This document shows, piece after piece, positions 11,981-25,784 of a DNA stretch of 42,586 nt. Each line of letters starts with the position of its first letter. The stretch's first letter is position 1. The stretch covers positions 1 to 42,586 of the forward strand of contig NW_024705461.1 of NCBI RefSeq assembly GCF_018977255.1, written 5' to 3'. The notes beneath the pieces were generated by a model. The model saw only the letters and a program-made list of their open reading frames with translations, did no database searches and was not told where the DNA came from. This DNA is from Callorhinchus milii. Lineage: Eukaryota. Made by a program: the position numbers and the translations under genes.

Positions 11981-12147
11981 GTGTATGAGAGCGAGTGCTA
12001 TGGGTGCCCTCACGCCTCTCACAGGATGAACGCCGTCTTCACACCGGGGACTTTCCTCCATCAGAGAAACGGAAACGCAGCTCGTTCACTGGCATCACTC
12101 ACACAGGCCACAAGTCTGTGGGCATCACTGCACGGCAGCTTCAGCTG
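11981..12147 (+). CDS. FLCN: Folliculin exon (human exon 7 equivalent), 167 nt, [55 protein letters not shown](W)
   Basis: ccccag| acceptor, TG|gtcagt donor, phase 0-2; [13 protein letters not shown] motif; 2 aa longer than human. Confidence 0.96.
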
Positions 12148-12255
12148 GTCAGTCCTTCTCACCCTCCTCATCCTCATCTCCCCCATGCTCACCTTCCTCA
12201 TCATCACTCCCTCATTAGAGATGGATTGACACGCAGATCTGAACTATAATTCTCA

Positions 12256-13078
12256 ATGGCTGTCTCTCACACTTTCTCTGTCTGTCTCTCACTCCCTGTC
12301 TGTCACTCGCTCTCTCTCTGTCTCTCACAATCTGTCTCTCTCACACTCTCTGTCTGTCCCTCACTTTCTCTGTCTGTCTCTTACTCTCTTGCTCTGCCAC
12401 TCATTCTCTTTGTCTGTCTCTCTCTGTTTCTCACACTCGGTCTGTCTATCACACCCTCTATTTGTCTCTCACTTTCTTTGTCTGTCTCTCACACTCCCTC
12501 TGTCTGTCTCTCACACTCTCTTGTCCGTCTCACACTCTCTCTGTCTGTCTCACACTCTCTCTGTCTGTCTCTCACTCTCTGTCTCTTCCTCCCAATCTTT
12601 CTGTCTCACACTCTCTCTATCTATCACACACTCTCTGTCTCCCTCTCTCTCTCTCTCTCTCACATTCTCTTATCTCTCACTCTCTCTGTCTGTCTCTCAC
12701 ATTCCCTCTGTCTGTCTCTCTCTATGTCTGTCTCTCACTCTCTCTTTCTCTTTCTCTCACAATCTGTGTGTCTGTCTCTCACACTCTGTCTGTCTCTCAC
12801 TCTCTCTGACTGTCTCTCACTCTCTCTGTCTCTCACAATCTGTCTATCTCTAAATCCCACTGTTTGTCTCTCACACTCTCTCCGTCTGTCTCTCACTCTC
12901 TGTCTATATCTCACTCTCTCTATTTCTCACAATCTGTCTCTCTCACACTCTCTGTCTGTCTTTCACTCTCTCTCTCTGGCTCTCACATTCTCTGTCTGTC
13001 TCCCACTCTCCCGCTCAGCCTCTCACTCTCTGTCTGTCTCTCACACTCTTTCTCTGTCTCTCACATTCTCTCTCTACC
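12256..13078. repeat. CT/CTGT low-complexity tract
   Basis: Degenerate tctgtctctcacac repeats. Confidence 0.9.
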
Positions 13079-13080
13079 TT

Positions 13081-13556
13081 CCACCCTCGCTCGCCTCCAC
13101 TGGTTCCCCATCCCCCAGAGGATCGAATTCAAGATCCTCATCCTCACCTACAAGGCCATTCACGGCCTCGCTCCCTCCTACCTCTCCGACCTACTATCCC
13201 CCTACCTACCCCCCGTACCCTCCGTTCCTCTGGCTCCGGTCTGCTCCACACCCCCCGCCCCAACCGCCCGACCATCGGTGGCCTTCAGCCTCTCAGCCCT
13301 GAGGCTCTGGAACTCCATCCCCCGGTGCCTTCGCCGCTTCCTCCCTTTCCTTCTTCAAGGCCGGTCTCAAGGCCTTTCTCTTTGACCTTCAGCCTTCAGC
13401 TCCGCTCTTGACTCCCTACCCCCTCCTCGCTCCCTCCCTTCCCTCCCCTCACCCTGACCATTTCCCCCCTCCTCGGGTCCCGACCCAACTGTCAAGCGGC
13501 TTGGGACGTCCTCCCGACTTGAAAGGCGCTCTATAAATGCAATCTTGTTGTTGTTG
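13081..13556 (+). mobile_element. L2 LINE 3' end (duplicate of 21773..22296)
   Basis: TLARLHWFPIPQRIEFKILILTYKAIHGLAPSYLSDLL; tail gggacgtcctcccgacttgaaaggcgctctataaatgcaatc(ttg)n. Confidence 0.92.
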
Positions 13557-13680
13557 TCTGCGTGTGTTTGTGTGTCCGTCTCTGTGTCTGTGTAAGTCTG
13601 CATGTCTGTCTTGTGTATGTAACTGTGTGTCTGTGTAGGTGTGTGTCAATGTGTGTGTTTGTGTGTGTGTCTCTATTTAT

Positions 13681-15778
13681 ACCATCTCTGACCACCAGTT
13701 AATCTCCCTCAACTCCCATATCCCTCTCCCCGCTGCCTCCAAACCTACCACCATCTTCTACCACCCATGGAAGAAGATTTCCCCACAATCTCTCTCCGCT
13801 GCCCTGAAATCCTCTGAACTCCTCCCCCTCTGGCCCACCTCTTGCACCAACCCACTTGCTGCGCTCACTCTTCTCCACAGCACCCTCTCCACCACACTCA
13901 ACGTCCTTGTCCCCCTCCCTCCCAAACAGTCTCCTATTTCCAATCCTCACCCTGGTTCACCAGCCACCTCCACTCGCTCAAGGGCCAGGTGCGGGCAGCC
14001 AAACACACTTGGCTCAAATCCGGCCTAACGGTCCACCGGCACATCTGGCTGGAATTCATCAAAACCCACTGCTCCACACTCGCCTCAGCCAAATCGTCCT
14101 TCTATTCCAGGTTAATCCTGGAGGCAAAGGGCAACCTCAGGCTCTTGTTCTCCATCACTAACCGGCTCCTCCGCCCTCCTGCCACACCTCGCAGATTCTT
14201 TCCTTTGACTCCCACTGCGAGGAAATGCTGGACTTCCTCGAGTCCAAAATCGAGGGAATCCGCTCAGCTGCCACTGCCCTCTCAACTTCCACCCCCTCCC
14301 TACCCCCACCACACTCCAACCACTACCCATCCCTCCTTCCACACCTTTGACCCTGTCACCTCCTCCTCTGTCATCACCACCATATCCTCCATGAAGCTCA
14401 CCACCTGCTCCCTGGACCCCATCCCCACCCCTCTCCTTAAATCCCAACTCCACCTCCTTGCCCCACTACTCACCGATATCATCAATTTCTCCCTGTCCTC
14501 CCCCCTCAAAACAGCCATCATCACCCCCACCTTCAAGAAACCTTCCGTTGACCCATCACAGCTATCCAGCTACCGGCCCATCTTAAACCTCTCTTTTCTG
14601 TCTAAGGTCCTTGAGCGAGGCATCGGCTCCCAGATTCGCTCTTTCCTCTCCTCCCTCCATGAGCCCCTCCAATCGGGTTTCCGTGCTACCCTCAGCTCTG
14701 GTCAAGGTCACAAACGACATCCTGACCAGTGTGACCAGGGCTCCCTCTGCCTCCTCGTCCTCCTCGACCTCACAGCCTTTGACACCGTGGACCACTCAAT
14801 CCTCCTCCACCGCCTCTCCTCCCACCTCAACCTCCAAGGTTCTGTCCTTGACTGGTTCAGGTCTTTCACACCACCTCCACTTCATCCCAGCAAACGACTT
14901 CTCCTCCAGCCCCCGCACCGTCTCGTACGGTGTTCCTCAGGGCTCTGTCCTCAGTCCCTTCCTCTTCACTCTCTTCATGCTCCCCCTTGGTGACATCATC
15001 TGCAGACATGGGGTAAATTTCCACTTGTATGCAGATGACACCCAACTCTACCTCTGCCTCCATCCTGAACTCCAGGACTACTGAGGTCCTGACCGACTGC
15101 CTGTCCAACATCAAGTCCTTCATGAGGCTCTCTTGATTGGCTCGCGCCAGCGCCTCCGCATCTCGGGCACCCCTCAGGTTGCTGAAACCCTCACCCACTT
15201 AGTCATCAGGGTTGGATTATGGGAACTCTCTCCTCATCGGTCTTCCCAACTTCACAAGCTGCAGATCATCCAAATCTCTGCAGCTCGTGTACTCTCACCA
15301 GACTCCCCGTCCCCATCACTCCCACCCTCGCCCGTGCCGTTCACTCCCACCCTCGCTCGACCCCAGTGACTCCCCATCCGCCAGAGGATCAAGTTCGAGA
15401 ACCTCGTCCTTACTTTTAAGGCCTCACCCCCTCCTACCTCTCTGACCTGCTGACTCCCTACCAACCTGCCCGGTCCCTCCACTCATTGGTCTCCGGCTGC
15501 TCCATGTCTCCCACCCGAACACCCCACCATCAGTGGCCGAGCTTTCAGCCTCTCTGCCCACACGCTCTGGAACTCCATTCCACGGACCCTTCGCCTCACT
15601 TCCTCCCTCACCTCCTTCAAGCTCGGTCTCAAGACCTTTCTCTTGGACCGTGCCTTTGGTCTCCCCTCACCCCTACACCACCTCTCCCCCATGCTCGGGC
15701 CCCGACACCTGACTGTTCAACACTTTGGGATGTCCTCCCGACATGAAAGGCACTCTATAAATGTCATTTTGTTGTTGT
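13681..15778 (+). mobile_element. Degraded L2 LINE ORF2 (linker, RT, 3' tail); near-identical to 23649..25780
   Basis: TTCSLDPIPT, SYRPILNLSFLSKVLER, LVLLDLTAFDTVDH, YGVPQGSVLSPFLF and HLYADDTQLY split across frames; (ttg)n tail. Confidence 0.93.
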
Positions 15779-15779
15779 C

Positions 15780-16782
15780 TGTCTCTCACACTATCTATCT
15801 GTCTCTCACTCTCTCTGTCTGCCTCTCTCTTTGTCTGTCTCTCGCTCTCTCTCTGTCTCTCACTCTCTCTTTCTGCCTCTCACTCTCTCTGTCTGTCTCT
15901 CACAATCTGTCTGTCTGTCTCACATTCTGTCTATTTCTCACACTCTCTCAGTCTGTCGTTCACACTCTCACACTCTCTGTCTCACTCTCTGCCTCTCTTT
16001 TTGTCTGTCTTTCACTCTCTCTCTATCTCTCACTCTCTTTCTGTCTCTCACTCTCTCTGTTTGTCTCACTCTCTCTCTCTGTCTCTCACAATCTGTCTGT
16101 CTCGCACTCTCTGTCTCTCGCATGCTCTGGCTGACTCTCAATCTCTCTGTCTGTCTCTCATACTCTCTCACTGTATGTCTGTCTCTCACACTCTCTGTCG
16201 GTCTCACAGTCTCTCTGTCTGTTTCTCATATTCTCTCTGTCTGTCTCTCACTCTCTCTGTCTGTCTCTCACACTTTCTGTCTGTCTCACACTCTCTCTGT
16301 TTGTCTCACACTCTCTCTGTCTGTCTCTCACACTGTCTGTCTCTCACACTCACATACTCACTGTCACACTTTCTGTCTGTCTCTTTCACACTCTGTGTCA
16401 CACTCTTTTTCTGTTCTCATTCTCTCTCTGTCTCGTTCAGTTTCTCTCTCAGTCTGCCTCTCTCTCGGACTCTCTCTCACATATTGTCTCTCACACTCTC
16501 TCTGTCAAATTGTCACAGTTTCTTTCCAGCATTTCTCGGCCCCTCGCAATCTGGCTCGATGCCCCCCCTCCTCTCTCACACACTCTTTTTTTGTCAGTCT
16601 CTCTCTGTCAATCTCTCAGTCAGGGTCTCTCTTTCAATCTTTCTCCTTTCAGTCTCTCTCTCTCTCTCTCTCTGTTTGTTTCTTTCAGCCTCTCTCTCAG
16701 TCGCTGTCAGAGTTTCTCTTTCAGTCTCTCTCTCTCAGTCTATCTCTCAGTCTCTCTCTCTCTCGGACTCTCTCTCTGTCTC
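15780..16782. repeat. CT/CTGT low-complexity tract
   Basis: Degenerate pyrimidine-rich repeats. Confidence 0.9.
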
Positions 16783-16789
16783 ACCACCA

Positions 16790-18077
16790 CTATAACCCAC
16801 ATGACACTGACCACCTGCACCCTCGACCCCATCCCTTACCTCCCAGCTCTACCTTCTTGCCCCCCTACTCACAGACATCATAAACGTCTCCCTGTCCACT
16901 GGCACCGTTCCCACCCCTTTAAAAACTGCCGTCATCACTCTTATCCTTAAAAAAACCTTTGTGGACCCTTCCCTGCCCTCAAACAACAGCCCCATCTCCA
17001 ACCTCCCTTTCCTTTCCAAGGTCCTGGAATGAGTTGTTGCTTCCCGGCTCCGCTCCTTCCTCTCCCGCTCTCCCTACACAAACCCTCCAATCGGGTTTCC
17101 GTGCCGCCCACAGCATAGAAGCCGCCTTGGTCAAAGTGACAATCTGCGATCAGAGCTCCCTCTGCCTTCTCGTCCTCGACCTCTCTGCTGCCTTCGATAC
17201 CTTTGACCACTCTATCCTCCTCCACCGCCTCTCCTCTCACCTCAACCTTCACAGCGTTGTCCTTGATTGGTTCACATCGTACCTCACACACCGCCTCCAC
17301 TTCATCTTCTCAAACGTCTTCTCCTCCAGCTCCCGCATCGTTTCGTGTGGCATTCCTCAAGGCTCTGTCCTTTATCCCCTCCTCTTCAATATCTATTTGC
17401 TCCCTCTTGGTGACCATCATCCACAGACATGGAGTCAACGTCCACATGTATGTGGATGACACCCAACTCTCTCTCTGCCCCCACCCTTGACTTCAGACCT
17501 CATTGCTGTGCTGACAGAATGTCTGTCAGACGTCAAGTCCTGGATGAGGGGAAACTTTCTACAGTCGAACGTCAACAAGACCGAGGCTCCTGATTGGCTC
17601 TCGTCAGCGCCTCCTCACCTCAGGCGCTGACAGCATCACCATCCCTGGGGCTCACTCCCCCTCGCTGAGCCAGTCCCGAACCTTGGGGTCTTCTTTGACC
17701 CTCAACTATCCTTTCTACCCCACATCCATTCGATGACCCGCTCTGCCTTCCCCACCTCCACAACATTACGTCCCTCACATCAACCCCCCCACCCCCCACA
17801 CTATTGGTGGGTGGGCCTTCAGTCACCCTGCCCCACCCTCTGGAACTCCATTCCGCAGTCCCTCCACCTCGCCCCTTTCCTTGCCTCATTCAAGACCCAT
17901 CTCAAGAACCTCCTCTTTGACAGTGCTTTTGATCTCCTTGCTTTCCCCCCCTGCCCTCCACCCTCCCCGACCCCGACCCCCAGCTTGGGTCCAAAACATT
18001 GACTGTCCAATGCGTTGGGACGTCCTCCTGACGTGAAAGTCACTATACACATGTCATTTGTTGTTGTTGGTGTTGTT
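16790..18077 (+). mobile_element. Degraded, 5'-truncated L2 LINE (RT + 3' tail)
   Basis: [48 protein letters not shown]; (ttg)n tail at about 18058-18077. Confidence 0.92.
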
Positions 18078-18526
18078 ATCTATCTCTCTCTCTCTGACTC
18101 TCTTTCAGTCGCTCTCTCTCTCTCTCAGTCTATCTCTCTCAGTCTCTCTTTGTTAGTTTCTCTCTCTGTCTCAGTCTCCCTCTCAGTCAATCGCTCAGTC
18201 TGTCTCTCAGTCTCTCTCTCTCCCTCAGTTTCTCTCCTCTCTCTCTCTCTCTCTCTCTCACACAATCTGTCTTTCTCAGTCTCTCCCTCAGTCTCTCTCT
18301 CAATCTCTGTCTCTGTCTCTCAGTCTCTCTCTCACCTCCAACCATTACCCTCCATCCCTAACACTTACGTGTGTGTGACTGACTGACACACTCACACACT
18401 CGCTCTGAGCATCTCACACAATCACTCCACCTGTTTCGCACACTTGCCTGCTTCTCGCACATTCACTCAGTCTGTCTCACCGTCACGCATGTCGGACCCA
18501 TGTGCAAGTCGTGTGCGTGTGACTGA

Positions 18527-19435
<909 letters not shown>

Positions 19436-19439
19436 TCCC

Positions 19440-22296
19440 TTCCACACACCATTCTGTCAACCGCTCCCTCCACATCGGACTACAAAACGTCCGCTCCCTC
19501 TGTAACAAGGCCCTGGTCATCAACGATCTCATCCTTGATGGGAGCGTTGATATCATGGCCTTAACGGAAACCTGGCTCACCCCAGGCAACACCTTCCCCC
19601 TCACGGAGGCCACACCACCCGGCTACACCTCCCACCACATCCCTCGCCCCAACCGCCGTGGCGATGGTGTATGCCCTATCCCCCTACTCCTTGGCTCTTT
19701 CCCCTCTTTTGAGCACCTCACCCTCTCCCACCCTTCCCATCTCTGACTCAAAATCCTCCTCCTCTACGGCCCCCTAAAACCTCCCCCACCTTCACCTCCG
19801 ACACCTCCTAACATGTCTCTGCCTCTGCTCTGATCACCTCATCATCCTGGGCGACTTCAACCTGTACTTCGCCCCCTCCTGCTCCACCTCCTCGGACTTC
19901 TCCTCCCTCCTCTCCTCCCTCCTTCCTCCCTCCTCTCCTTCCTGCTCTGCTCCCTCCTCTCCTCCCTCCTCTCCTCCCTCCTCTCCTCGCTCAACCCTCC
20001 ACATCAACTCCCCCACTCACAGTCACGGCCCCCACTCGATTTGGTGATCATCTGGGGCATCAGTGTCTCGGATGTCACCATTACCGACAATGGCCGTCTC
20101 CGATCACCACTTCATCTCCTTCACCACCTCCAACCCCCTCCCCTCCTCCACCCCCCTCCCCACCTCCAGCCCCCTCCCCACCTCCACCCCCCTCCCCTCC
20201 TCCACCTCCCTCCCCTCCTCCACCTCCCACCTCCACCCCCTCCCCTCCTCCACCCCCCTCCCCACCTCCACATCCCTCCCCACCTCCACCTCCCACCTCC
20301 ACCTCCCCTCCTCCAACCCCCTACCCACCTCCACCCCCTCTTCCACTCCCCTCCCCTTCTCCACCTCCACTCTCCACCTCCATCCCCTCCCCACCACCAC
20401 CCCCTTCCCCACCTCCACCTCCCATCACCATCTTCTACCGCCCCTGGAAGAAGTGACCCCCACAATCCCTAACCGCTGCCTTGGAGTCCGCTGAACTCCT
20501 CTCCCTCTGGCTTCAACCCTCACTGACCCCTCTTCTGCTCTCACCCTCCTCCACAACACCCTCTCCTCCACACTCAACACTCTTGCCCCCATCACCCCCC
20601 GTACTGTCTCCTACTCTCGCTCCTCCCCCTGGTTCACCCCCACCTCCGCTCACTGAAGAGCCAGGTGTGGGCCCTGAACGCACCTGCCTCAAATCTGGCC
20701 TAACGGTCCACCAACAAATCTTGCTGGACCTCCTCAAAACCTACCGCTCCACTCTAGCCTCGGCCAAGTCGTCCTTCTACTCCAGGATAATCCTGGAGGC
20801 AAAGAACAACCCCAGGCTACTGTTCTCTACCACATCCCAACTCCTCCGACCCCCCCGCCACCCCGCGCAGGTCATCTCCTCCAACCTTCACTGCGAGGAG
20901 AGGCTGGATTTCCTTGAATCCAAAATCAAGGGAATCCGCTCCGCGGTCACTGCCCCTCCAACTCCCACCCACCCCTTCCCTCCCACAATCTGATCCCCAC
21001 CCGCCCCCCACCCCCTCCCTCCCACACTCCGACTCCTACCCGTCCTCCCCTACACACCTTTGAATCCATTTCCCCACCCTCTGTCACCAAACTCATCCTA
21101 TCCCTGAAACCCACCACCTGCTCCCTGGACCCCATCCCCACTCCACTCCTTATCTCTCAGCTCCACCTCCTTGCCCCACTTCTCACAGACACCATCAACT
21201 TGTCCCTCTCCTGTGGCTCTGTTCCCATTCCCCTAAAAACTGCCACCATCACTCCCACTTTGAAAAAACCCTCCCTTGATGCGTCGCAGTTATCAATCTC
21301 CGGCCCATCTCCAACCTCCCCTTCCTGTCCAAGGTCCTTGAAAGCGTTGTCACCTCCCAACTGCGCTCTTTCCTCTCTCAACTCCACGACCCCCGATGTA
21401 CTGACAGCTGTCTGTCCGACATCGAGTCCTGGACGAGAGAGAACTTTCTTCAGCTCAACGTGCACAAAACTGAGGCCCTCCTGATTGGCTCACGTCAGCG
21501 CCTCCGCACCTCAAGCGCTGACAGCATCAGCATCCAAGGCCGCACTCTCCACCTCTCAAAGCCATCAGGAACCTCTGGGTTCTGTTCGACCCTGAGCTGT
21601 CCTTTCTCCCTCACATCTGCGCCACAACTGGCACCGCCTTCCATCACCTCCGGAACATGGCCAGACTACGGCACTACCTCACCCCTCACGCGGCTGAAAT
21701 TCTGGTCCACACCTTTATCACCTCAAGGCCGGACTATACTGTCCCGCACCAGGCTTTGTGACTACATCACTCCCACCCTCGCTCGCCTCCACTGGTTCCC
21801 CGTCCCCCAGAGGATCGAATTCAAGATCCTCATCCTCACCTACAAGGCCATTCGCAGCCTCGCTCCCTCCTACCTCCCTGACCTACTATCCCCCTACCTA
21901 CCCCCCCGTACCCTCCGTTCCTCTGGCTCCGGTCTGCTCCACACCCCCCGCCCCAACCGCCCGACCATCGGTGGCCTTCAGCCTCTCAGCCCCGAGGCTC
22001 TGGAACTCCATCCCCCGGTGCCTTCGCCGCTTCCTCCCTTTCCTCCTTCAAGGCCGGTCTCAAGGCCTTTCTCTTTGACCTTCAGCCTTCAGCTCCCCTC
22101 TCGACTCCCTACCCCCTCCTCGCTCCCTCCGTTCCCTCCCCTCACCGTGACAATCTCCCCCCTCCTCGCTCCCTCCCTTCCCTCCCCTCACCCTGAACAT
22201 TTCCCCCCTCCTCGGGTCCCGACCCAACTGTCAAGCGGCTTGGGACGTCCTCCCGACTTGAAAGGCGCTCTATAAATGCAATCTTGTTGTTGTTGT
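19440..22296 (+). mobile_element. Degraded L2 LINE: APE endonuclease, linker, RT largely deleted, 3' tail
   Basis: LHIGLQNVRSLCNK, IMALTETWL, ILGDFN and AVSDHHFI endonuclease motifs; the sequence jumps over the RT core near 21380; (ttg)n tail. Confidence 0.9.
20125..20425 (+). repeat. C-rich ~18-nt minisatellite (ccacctccaccccctccc-like) expanded inside the L2
   Basis: Tandem degenerate units give the repeated STPLPT/HLHPPP translations. Confidence 0.85.
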
Positions 22297-22605
22297 CTGC
22301 GTGTGTTTGTGTGTCCGTCTCTGTGTCTGTGTAAGTCTGCATGTCTGTCTTGTGTATGTAACTGTGTGTCTGTGTAGGTGTGTGTCAATGTGTGTGTTTG
22401 TGTGTGTGTCTCTATTTATGTGTGTATGTGTGTGTCTCTCTGTTTGTCTGTGTGTCTACCTTGGTGCGTGTGTCTCTTGTGTGTGTGTCTGTGTGTCTAT
22501 GTGTATGTATGTCTGTGAGTGTGTGTGAGTCTGTGTGTCTGTGTGTGTGTGAATGTCTGTATCTGTGTGTGTGTTGTGTCTGTGTGTTTTTGTGTGTGTC
22601 TGAGT
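22297..22605. repeat. Degenerate (TG)n tract
   Basis: TG-rich; the first ~125 nt are copied at 13557-13680. Confidence 0.9.
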
Positions 22606-22609
22606 GGGT

Positions 22610-25600
22610 CTCCCACCCACCCTCTGTCTGTCCCCCCTGTCCTTCCCCTCAGCACAATGAGCCCCTCTGCACCACCTTAAGCCCCCACAGCCTCCCCCAC
22701 CGGCTGACAATGTCCCACTTACCCCCCCGCCTCTCATCCCAACGCATCCCCGACCCAAGCTGGCCCTCCCTCAAAATGCTCCCCTCCCTGCAACTCTCCC
22801 GCTCTGTCCTGCTCTCTCTGCCCTCCCCACCTCCTATCTCTGCTTGTTCCGCCCCTACAGCCTTCCTCTGCTCCAGCCTGGGAATCCTCCCCCGGGCTCA
22901 TCGCGGTACTCGGCCCTGGCTGTCCAGCAGCAGCCACACCGACTGCTTCATTCCCCACTATCCCCGCAAGCCACCCCGGACTCTGACCCCGGAGGCTAAC
23001 CTCTCCTCCTTCAACCACATCCCCACCCTCCCTGCCAACCAACCTACTACCCCCTCCCATCCCACACATCCCCCTGCCAACTGCCCACTCCGCATTGGCC
23101 TTCAAAACGTCTGCTCCATCTGCAACAAGACCCTCGACGAGAACATTGCCATTATGGCCCTCACGGAAACCTGGATCACCCTGGTGACACCTTCCCCCTC
23201 ACTGAGGCCACATCACCCGGCTACACCTACCACCATGCCCCACACCCCAACCGTCGTGGCGGTGGTGTGGCCCTCATCTCCAGGGTCTCACTTGCCCTGT
23301 CCCCCTACTCCACCGGCTGTTCCCCTCTTTTTAACACCTTACCCTCTGCCATCCTTCCCACGTCTCTCTGAAAATCCTCCTAATTTACCACCCCCCAAAT
23401 CCTCCCCCACCTTCACCTCTGACATCTCCACACTCTTTGCTTCCCTCTGCCTCTGCTCCGACCGCCTCATCATCCTCGGCCACTTCAACCTCCACTTCAG
23501 CCCCTCTTGCTCCATCTCCTTAGACTTCTCCTCTCTCCTCTCTCAACTCTCCCTCTACATCCACTCTGCTACCCACACCCACGTTCACCCGCTCGACCTG
23601 GTGATCACCCAGGGCCTCAGCATCTTGGATGTCACCATCACCGACAAGACCATCTCTGACCACCAGTTAATCTCCCTCAACTCCCATATCCCTCTCCCCG
23701 CTGCCTCCAAACCTACCACCAACTTCTACCACCCATGGAAGAAGATTTCCCCACAATCTCTCTCCGCTGCCCTGAAATCCTCTGAACTCCTCCCCCTCTG
23801 GCCCACCTCTTGCACCAACCCACTTGCTGCGCTCACTCTTCTCCACAGCACCCTCTCCACCACACTCGACGTCCTTGCCCCCCTCCCTCCCAAACGGTCT
23901 CCTATTTCCAATCCTCACCCTGGTTCACCAGCCACCTCCACTCGCTCAAGGGCCAGGTGCGGGCAGCCAAACACACTTGGCTCAAATCCGGCCTAACGGT
24001 CCACCGGCACATCTGGCTGGACTTCATCAAAACCCACTGCTCCACACTCGCCTCAGCCAAATCGTCCTTCTATTCCAGGTTAATCCTGGAGGCGAAGGGC
24101 AACCTCAGGCTCTTGTTCTCCATCACTAACCGGCTCCTCCGCCCTCCTGCCACACCTCGCAGATTCTTTCCTTTGACTCCCACTGCGAGGAAATGCTGGA
24201 CTTCCTCGAGTCCAAAATCGAGGGAATCCGCTCAGCTGCCACTGCCCTCTCAACTTCCACCCCCTCCCTACCCCCACCACACTCCAACCACTACCCATCC
24301 CTCCTTCCACACCTTTGACCCTGTCACCTCCTCCTCTGTCATCACCACCATATCCTCCATGAAGCTCACCACCTGCTCCCTGGACCCCATCCCCACCCCT
24401 CTCCTTAAATCCCAACTCCACCTCCTTGCCCCACTACTCACCGATATCATCAATTTCTCCCTGTCATCCCCCCTCAAAACAGCCATCATCACCCCCACCT
24501 TCAAGAAACCTTCCGTTGACCCATCACAGCTATCCAGCTACCGGCCCATCTTAAACCTCTCTTTTCTGTCTAAGGTCCTTGAGCGAGGCATCGGCTCCCA
24601 GATTCGCTCTTTCCTCTCCTCCCTCCATGAGCCCCTCCAATCGGGTTTCCGTGCTACCCACAGCTCTGGTCAAGGTCACAAACGACATCCTGACCAGTGT
24701 GACCAGGGCTCCCTCTGCCTCCTCGTCCTCCTCGACCTCACAGCCTTTGACACCGTGGACCACTCAATCCTCCTCCACCGCCTCTCCTCCCACCTCAACC
24801 TCCAAGGTTCTGTCCTTGACTGGTTCAGGTCTTTCACACCACCTCCACTTCATCCCAACAAACGACTTCTCCTCCAGCCCCCGCACCGTCTCGTACGGTG
24901 TTCCTCAGGGCTTTGTCCTCAGTCCCTTCCTCTTCACTCTCTTCATGCTCCCTCTTGGTGACATCATCTGCAGACATGGGGTAAATTTCTACTTGTATGC
25001 AGATGACACCCAACTCTACCTCTGCCTCCACCCTGAACTCCAGGACTACTGAGGTCCTGACCGACTGCCTGTCCGACATCAAGTCCTTCATGAGGCTCTC
25101 TTGATTGGCTCGCGCCAGCGCCTCCGCATCTCGGGCACCCCTCAGGTTGCTGAAACCTTCACCCACTTAGTCATCAGGGTTGGATTATGGGAACTCTCTC
25201 CTCATCGGTCTTCCCAACTTCACAAGCTGCAGATCATCCAAATCTCTGCAGCTCGTGTACTCTCACCAGACTCCCCGTCCCCATCACTCCCACCCTCGCC
25301 CGTGCCGTTCACTCCCACCCTCGCCCGACCCGTGACTCCCCATCCGCCAGAGGACTGAGTTCAAGATCCTCGTCCTCACCTTTAAGGCCATCCATGGCCT
25401 CGCCCCCTCCTACCTCTCTGATCTGCTGACTCCCTACCAACCTGCCCGCTCCCGCCGTTCATCGGGCTCTGACCTGCTCCATGTCTCCCGCCCGACCCCC
25501 CCCACCATCGGTGGCCGGGCTTTCAGCCTCTCTGCCCCCACACTCTGGAACTCCATCCCATGGTCGCTTCGCCTCGCTTCCTCCCTCACCTCCTTCAAGG

Positions 25601-25782
25601 CCGGTCTCAAGACCCTCCTCTTCGATCATGTCTTCAGTCCCACCTTCCCTCACCCCTACACAACCCCTGCCCCCCTCCCCCACCAATCCCCCACTCTCGG
25701 GTGCTGACCTCTGACTGTCCAGCGCCTTGGGACGTCCTTCCGACGTGAAAGGCGCTCTATAAATGTCATTTTGTTGTTGTTA
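22610..25782 (+). mobile_element. Degraded near-full-length L2 ORF2 (APE-RT) with 3' tail
   Basis: LRIGLQNVCSICNK, IMALTETW, LIILGHFNLH, PLDLVIT, ISDHQLI, then RT motifs including YLYADDTQLY; multiple frameshifts; (ttg)n tail. Confidence 0.93.
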
Positions 25783-25784
25783 TT

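Noticed and set aside
8775..12003. CRISPR-like repeat-spacer array
   Set aside because: Spacers are CT microsatellite of very uneven length, the repeat is a copy of the FLCN exon start, there are no cas genes, and the context is a vertebrate intron.
22380..25052. Active or domesticated reverse transcriptase gene
   Set aside because: Endonuclease and RT motifs are split across frames with deletions in every copy.
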